The notes under the pieces are model-generated. The model worked only from the letters and a program-made list of their open reading frames with translations. It was not told the origin of the DNA and made no database searches. Made by a program: the position numbers and the translations under genes. A stretch of 64,000 bases of DNA from Escherichia coli (lineage in GTDB: Bacteria; Pseudomonadota; Gammaproteobacteria; Enterobacterales; Enterobacteriaceae): the NCBI RefSeq assembly GCF_013122565.1, contig NZ_CP053258.1, one strand, 5' to 3'. This document shows positions 59,400 to 64,000 of the stretch, one piece after another. Numbering within the stretch: position 1 is the first letter of the stretch; each line of letters opens with the position of its first letter.

Positions 59400-60969
59400 T
59401 GTGTTTCTCCGAAACAGATGCGGTGCCTGAAGGCAAAAAATCATGCCAGGTGCTACGTTGTGCAGGCAGGTCGTGCGTCCCTGAGAGGACTATAGTGGAA
59501 GCGCCCGCCAGGATCCTGATGACAGGTTGTGGAATATGCGTTCCCATCGCCAGCATCATGACCAGCAGAATCACCATTGGCGAGGTGGTCAACCAGCCAA
59601 GTTCACCCCGGTTAACGGCCTGCGGCGGTTTCGCCATTAACACCCGCGCAGCCATCCGTACCAGGCCCGCCAGCACCAGCGTTAACAGCAATAACAGCAG
59701 GACGATAATCAGCAGGTGATTACGTGCCAGTCCGGCGGTAACGGTCATAAATTCGCTAAGAAAAATGTTGAAGGGCGGCATCCCTGCCAGCGCCAGCGCA
59801 CCGCCGCCAAACAGCACGGCGGTAAATGGCATGATTTTGAGCATCCCGCAGACGACGTTGAGATCGCGCGTGCCGTACTTGAGCAGTACATTGCCGGAAC
59901 CGCAGAACAGCAGCGTTTTTGCCAGACTGTGGTTTAAGGTGTGCAGCAGCGCGGCAAAAATTCCCAGCGGCCCGCCAATGCCTAACGCCACCGCGACCAG
60001 TCCCATGTTCTCCACGCTGGAGTACGCCAGCAGACGCTTAATGTCCCGCTGCACCAGAATGAAAAATGCCGCCACGGCAACCGACAACATGCCGAAGATG
60101 AGCAACAACCGGTTGGGGAAATCGCTGCCGATGGCCTGGCAAATAATGATGTAATAGCGAATCAGCACCAACAGTGCGCAGTTCAGCAATACGGCGGAGA
60201 GCAGGGCGCTGACCGGACTCGGCGCTTCACTATGAGCATCCGGCAGCCAGGCGTGCATGGGAAATAGCCCGGTTTTGGTGCCAAAGCCAATTAGCACAAA
60301 CACAAAGGCCAACAGCATTAATGTTGGGTCAAGCAAGGACGATTGCTTAAGAACCTCACTCCAGAATATCGCCATTTCTGCCTGCGGCATAACGCTGGCG
60401 GCGTTGGCGTATACCAGCACGGTACCGAACAGACCAAAAGCGACACCAACAGTACAAATAATGATGTACTTCCATGCTGCTTCCAGCGATGAACGCTGAC
60501 CGTAAATGCCTACCAGAAACGCCGAGCTTAAGGTGGTGGCTTCGATCGCCGCCCACATCACAATCAGGTTATTGCTGGTAACAACCAGCAGCATGGTGAA
60601 CAAAAACAGATGAAAGAAACCGTAGTAATCGCACAGCGTAACAGGTGAAAGCTCGCCGTGTGCCACTTCATGACGCATGTAGCCAATCGAGTAAACACCG
60701 GTGAGAAAGCCAATCACACCAAGAATGGCGAGGAACAAACCGCCCAGACCATCAATATGAAGCCACAGTCCCGCAGCGAATATTTCTCCCGCATCAGCGG
60801 CAGTTTGGACCACCCAGAGTGCCAGAATCAGCAGCAGTGTGATCCCTAAGCTATGTAATACTGTCACGGCGCGAGTCGCAGAGTGCCCCCGTTTCCGGCA
60901 GGCAAAACAGAGCAGCGAAAAAAGCAGCGGCGTGAGCAGGAGTAAAGCGAACATCACAGAATAACTCAT
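59389..60969 (-). CDS. hyfF: Hydrogenase-4 membrane subunit HyfF (NuoL/M/N-like)
   Basis: 526 aa. Confidence 0.93.
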   Translation of the reverse strand: MSYSVMFALLLLTPLLFSLLCFACRKRGHSATRAVTVLHSLGITLLLILALWVVQTAADAGEIFAAGLWLHIDGLGGLFLAILGVIGFLTGVYSIGYMRHEVAHGELSPVTLCDYYGFFHLFLFTMLLVVTSNNLIVMWAAIEATTLSSAFLVGIYGQRSSLEAAWKYIIICTVGVAFGLFGTVLVYANAASVMPQAEMAIFWSEVLKQSSLLDPTLMLLAFVFVLIGFGTKTGLFPMHAWLPDAHSEAPSPVSALLSAVLLNCALLVLIRYYIIICQAIGSDFPNRLLLIFGMLSVAVAAFFILVQRDIKRLLAYSSVENMGLVAVALGIGGPLGIFAALLHTLNHSLAKTLLFCGSGNVLLKYGTRDLNVVCGMLKIMPFTAVLFGGGALALAGMPPFNIFLSEFMTVTAGLARNHLLIIVLLLLLLTLVLAGLVRMAARVLMAKPPQAVNRGELGWLTTSPMVILLVMMLAMGTHIPQPVIRILAGASTIVLSGTHDLPAQRSTWHDFLPSGTASVSEKHSER

Positions 60970-60973
60970 CTCA

Positions 60974-61624
60974 TTATCCCTTCAGCGCGGTCAAGTTGTT
61001 CACGTCCAGCGTGCCGTGGGTACGCCATATTTTTCTTGCCAGTAACACCATCACAATGACGGCGAAGATGGCGTCGGTAGCGATACCAATTTCCACCAGT
61101 TCCGGTGCACGCCAGGCTAGAAGCGCCAGCACCAGATGGGAGCCGTTTTCCATCAGGCAGTAACCAAAAATTTGCCGCAGGATATTGCGCTGGCTAACAA
61201 TGCACAGCAGGCCAAGCAGAAAATGACCTAACGCCACCGCCAGCGCCGGTTTCAACCCGGTAGCCATCGGTAGCTTCACGGGCTGAACGACAAATGCGCA
61301 AAGCAGGACAATTAACGCCGCGAGCAGTGCCATCATTGCCGGACCGAATAACGCTTTTTCAGGGATGTTCTGGGGAATATTTCGTGCAGCGTAAGTCATG
61401 ATTAACGGTACCAGCAGCACTTTGGTGATAAAGGCGCTGGCGGACCAGATCAGCAGTTGCTCTGTGGCGAACAGGCACGAGAGAGTGGCGAAAATAGACA
61501 CCAGCACCAGCGACTGGCAGGCGTAAAATCCGCATGACAGGCGATAGCTTTTGACGCTAATCACAAACAGCGATGTCAGCATCATCAGTCCCGCCAGATT
61601 ATTTACGATCATAGAACCGGTCAT
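60974..61624 (-). CDS. hyfE: Hydrogenase-4 membrane subunit HyfE
   Basis: 216 aa. Confidence 0.9.
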   Translation of the reverse strand: MTGSMIVNNLAGLMMLTSLFVISVKSYRLSCGFYACQSLVLVSIFATLSCLFATEQLLIWSASAFITKVLLVPLIMTYAARNIPQNIPEKALFGPAMMALLAALIVLLCAFVVQPVKLPMATGLKPALAVALGHFLLGLLCIVSQRNILRQIFGYCLMENGSHLVLALLAWRAPELVEIGIATDAIFAVIVMVLLARKIWRTHGTLDVNNLTALKG

Positions 61625-61635
61625 TCATCATCTCC

Positions 61636-63075
61636 TTACTGCAACCAGGTCGCGGCGATTACGCTGGAAATCAGCGACATCACAATCAGTACAATCAACA
61701 CCAGGCGCATTGACCCTGGCAGCGGTGCGGCATTGGCGACGGCCTCGCTCGGTTTGCCCGGCACGACGCGACCAAACCAGCGAATAAACCAGGCGAAACT
61801 GGCGACCGATTCAATCATCAGCAGAATCATGGCGGGCAGCAGGATCCAGTACTCCACTGACAACGCAAAACCGGCGGCAAACAGCGGGAATTTACTGAAG
61901 AAGCCGTTGAACGGCGGTACGCCGGTAATCGCCAGCGCTGCCACGCAGAAACCCACGCCAGGCAACGGCAGGGTGTGCAATACGCCACGCAGACGCGGCA
62001 ACAAGCGCGTGCCGCAGCTGTAACTCAGCGCACCTGCTACAAGGAAAAACAGGCTTTTAGCGAACGCGTGGTTGACGATGTAGGCGATGCTGCCCTCCAG
62101 CGCCAGCCGCGAGCCGAAGATGGAGAGAGACAAACCGAAGAACATCCAGCCAAGTTGAGTGATGGTCGACCAGGCCAGCAACCGCTTCATATCCTGCTGT
62201 GGCAAATACATCAGAAAGCCATAAAGAATGGTGACCAGGGCCATGACCATGCCAACGCCGCCAATCACATGCGGGATATTGCCGCCGTCGATAATGGCGC
62301 GGGCAAAAATGTAAACGCCCACTTTCACCATCGATGCGGCGTGGAGATAGGCGCTGATCGGTGTTGGCGCTTCCATTGCATCCGGTAGCCACGCTTGCAT
62401 CGGTAGCTGGGCCGATTTCCCCCACGCGGCAAACAGGATGCCGCCATAAACCAGATAACGTGCGTCGCCGTGTAACTCGCTCATCGCGCTAAGCGCAAAC
62501 GTTCCGGTCTGCAAAAACAGCGTGGCGGCGGCAAGATACAACCCCAACGAGCCGATATGAGTGATAAGTAACGCTTTTAGTGCTGAACGCTGCGCTTTAT
62601 CGCTCTGGTAATAACTGATCAACGCCCAGGAGCAGCCGCCCGTAATTTCAAAAAACAACAACTGACCGAGCAGCGTCGAAGAGAGTACCAGTCCCGCCAT
62701 CGCGCCGATAAACAGCAGCAAAAATGCGTAATAACGATTTGTGCCGTTATGCGGGTGTTCGCGATTTTTATCCGTCAGATAACCCGTGGAGTAGATCGTG
62801 ACCAGCAAACCGAGAAACACCACCACAAACAGAATCAGCGTACTCACGCGATCAATGACCAGGCCTAACAACGCCACATCCCCCACGTTGACCAACGTCA
62901 ACGTGACGGCAACTTTATCGGCCTGATAAAACGCGGAGATCAGTGACAACATGCACAGCGTGGTCAGCGCGGCGAACAAAACCCCCCATTCGGCGGCCCG
63001 ACGTTGTGGCGAAAACGAAACGACCAGTGCGCCGATAAAAGGCAGCAATAACGTCGTCAGAGCAAGATTTTCCAT
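61636..63075 (-). CDS. hyfD: Hydrogenase-4 membrane subunit HyfD
   Basis: 479 aa. Confidence 0.93.
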   Translation of the reverse strand: MENLALTTLLLPFIGALVVSFSPQRRAAEWGVLFAALTTLCMLSLISAFYQADKVAVTLTLVNVGDVALLGLVIDRVSTLILFVVVFLGLLVTIYSTGYLTDKNREHPHNGTNRYYAFLLLFIGAMAGLVLSSTLLGQLLFFEITGGCSWALISYYQSDKAQRSALKALLITHIGSLGLYLAAATLFLQTGTFALSAMSELHGDARYLVYGGILFAAWGKSAQLPMQAWLPDAMEAPTPISAYLHAASMVKVGVYIFARAIIDGGNIPHVIGGVGMVMALVTILYGFLMYLPQQDMKRLLAWSTITQLGWMFFGLSLSIFGSRLALEGSIAYIVNHAFAKSLFFLVAGALSYSCGTRLLPRLRGVLHTLPLPGVGFCVAALAITGVPPFNGFFSKFPLFAAGFALSVEYWILLPAMILLMIESVASFAWFIRWFGRVVPGKPSEAVANAAPLPGSMRLVLIVLIVMSLISSVIAATWLQ

Positions 63076-63091
63076 ATTCCGTCAGTGCTCC

Positions 63092-64000
63092 TTACAGACC
63101 GGTTAACCAGAAGACCCATGCAAGCGCAGCAAGGCTGAAGCCAAGCCAGGTCACATGGTGAATGAGTAAAAATCGCCCGCGTGCCAGCGTGTTTTCTGCG
63201 ATAGAGGCCAGAACAAAAATCAGCAAAACCTTGAACAGCGTAACGACAAGTGAAATCAGCAGGCAGGCGAGAGAAAGCTCTTGCGCGCGCCCAAAGGGCA
63301 GAAACAGGGCCACAAACAGTGCTGCCATCACGACCTGTTTCAGCCCCAGCCCCCATTTCGCCAACGCCAGCCCGGCACCGGAATATTCGGTCAGCGGGCC
63401 TTCCTGTAATTCCTGTTCTGCTTCAGCAACATCAAAGGGAATTTTTCCCATCTCAATGAAGCAGGCAAAACCACAGGCCAGTAACGCCAGGACGGTGGTT
63501 AGCGGCGAGTTCCAGCCCGTTGCCAGCGTATTGCTGATCATCTCGATATGCGTGGAACCTGCTATCAGCGCCAATACCAGCAGTGAGAGAATGAGCATGG
63601 GTTCGACCAGAATGCCGAGCGTCAACTCGCGACTGGCACCGACTCCCGCAAACGGGCTTCCGGTATCCAGCCCGGAAAGAGCAAAGAAAAAACGAAACAG
63701 GGCAAGAAGATAGATAAGGGTGATCAGATCGCCGCCGCCCGCAAAAGGGGAAACGGTAATAAATAGTGGTAGGGCCATCGCCAGCACCAGCATGCTGCTG
63801 ATTAATACCCACGGCATCAGGCGGAACATCAGACCTGAAGTTGTCGGCGCAACTTCCTGGCGTTTAAACAGTTTGTGGATATCGCGATAATCCTGCCAGA
63901 TCCCCGGTCCGCGGCGGGAGTGCATTCGCGCGCGTATCTGCCGGGAAATACCCGTAAAAAGCGGGGTTAGCATCAGCAGAATCACGGCCTGTGCTAACGC
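63092..64000 (-). CDS. hyfC: Hydrogenase-4 membrane subunit HyfC (NuoH-like), 5' end beyond window
   Basis: Reading frame stays open to the window edge (...ALAQAVILLMLTPLF...). Confidence 0.9.
   Translation of the reverse strand, partial: ALAQAVILLMLTPLFTGISRQIRARMHSRRGPGIWQDYRDIHKLFKRQEVAPTTSGLMFRLMPWVLISSMLVLAMALPLFITVSPFAGGGDLITLIYLLALFRFFFALSGLDTGSPFAGVGASRELTLGILVEPMLILSLLVLALIAGSTHIEMISNTLATGWNSPLTTVLALLACGFACFIEMGKIPFDVAEAEQELQEGPLTEYSGAGLALAKWGLGLKQVVMAALFVALFLPFGRAQELSLACLLISLVVTLFKVLLIFVLASIAENTLARGRFLLIHHVTWLGFSLAALAWVFWLTGL

Overview
Escherichia coli-type chromosomal segment, in reverse orientation relative to K-12 numbering. Conserved backbone on the + strand: sseB, yfhM-pbpC, ndk, rlmN, rodZ, ispG, hisS, yfgM, bamB, der, yfgJ; then xseA(-), guaBA(+), yfgI/yfgH/yfgG(-), pdeF(+), ppx-ppk(-), purN-purM(-), upp-uraA(+), hda(+), yfgD(-), bepA(-), perM(+), focB(-) and the hyfR-hyfJIHGFEDC hydrogenase-4 genes (-, hyfC truncated by the window end). 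Two regions are not explained by the K-12 backbone. (1) The sseB-sseA intergenic region (about 951-2809) is a tandem array of three ~680-bp ryfA-like modules. Each carries a conserved 45-codon hydrophobic small ORF on the - strand and a divergent + strand promoter/terminator pair that would make a ~100-nt RNA. The 5' end of that RNA matches a copy-specific site in the cognate ryfA leader, so this looks like a triplicated type I toxin-antitoxin-like (TimP/TimR-like) array with three specificity variants. (2) An ~11.7-kb accessory insertion between yfgJ and xseA (about 20559-32229) encodes an intimin/invasin-family inverse autotransporter (SinH-like), a small secreted paralogue of its C-terminal domain (SinI-like) and a 2684-aa protein built from nine ~275-aa repeats (RatA-like). 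This is the site of the Salmonella CS54 island; no integrase, tRNA or flanking direct repeats are visible. No rRNA, tRNA, CRISPR array or IS element was found. Gene names and K-12 comparisons are from memory; no database search was run. Non-CDS coordinates were hand-counted and may be off by a few bases.
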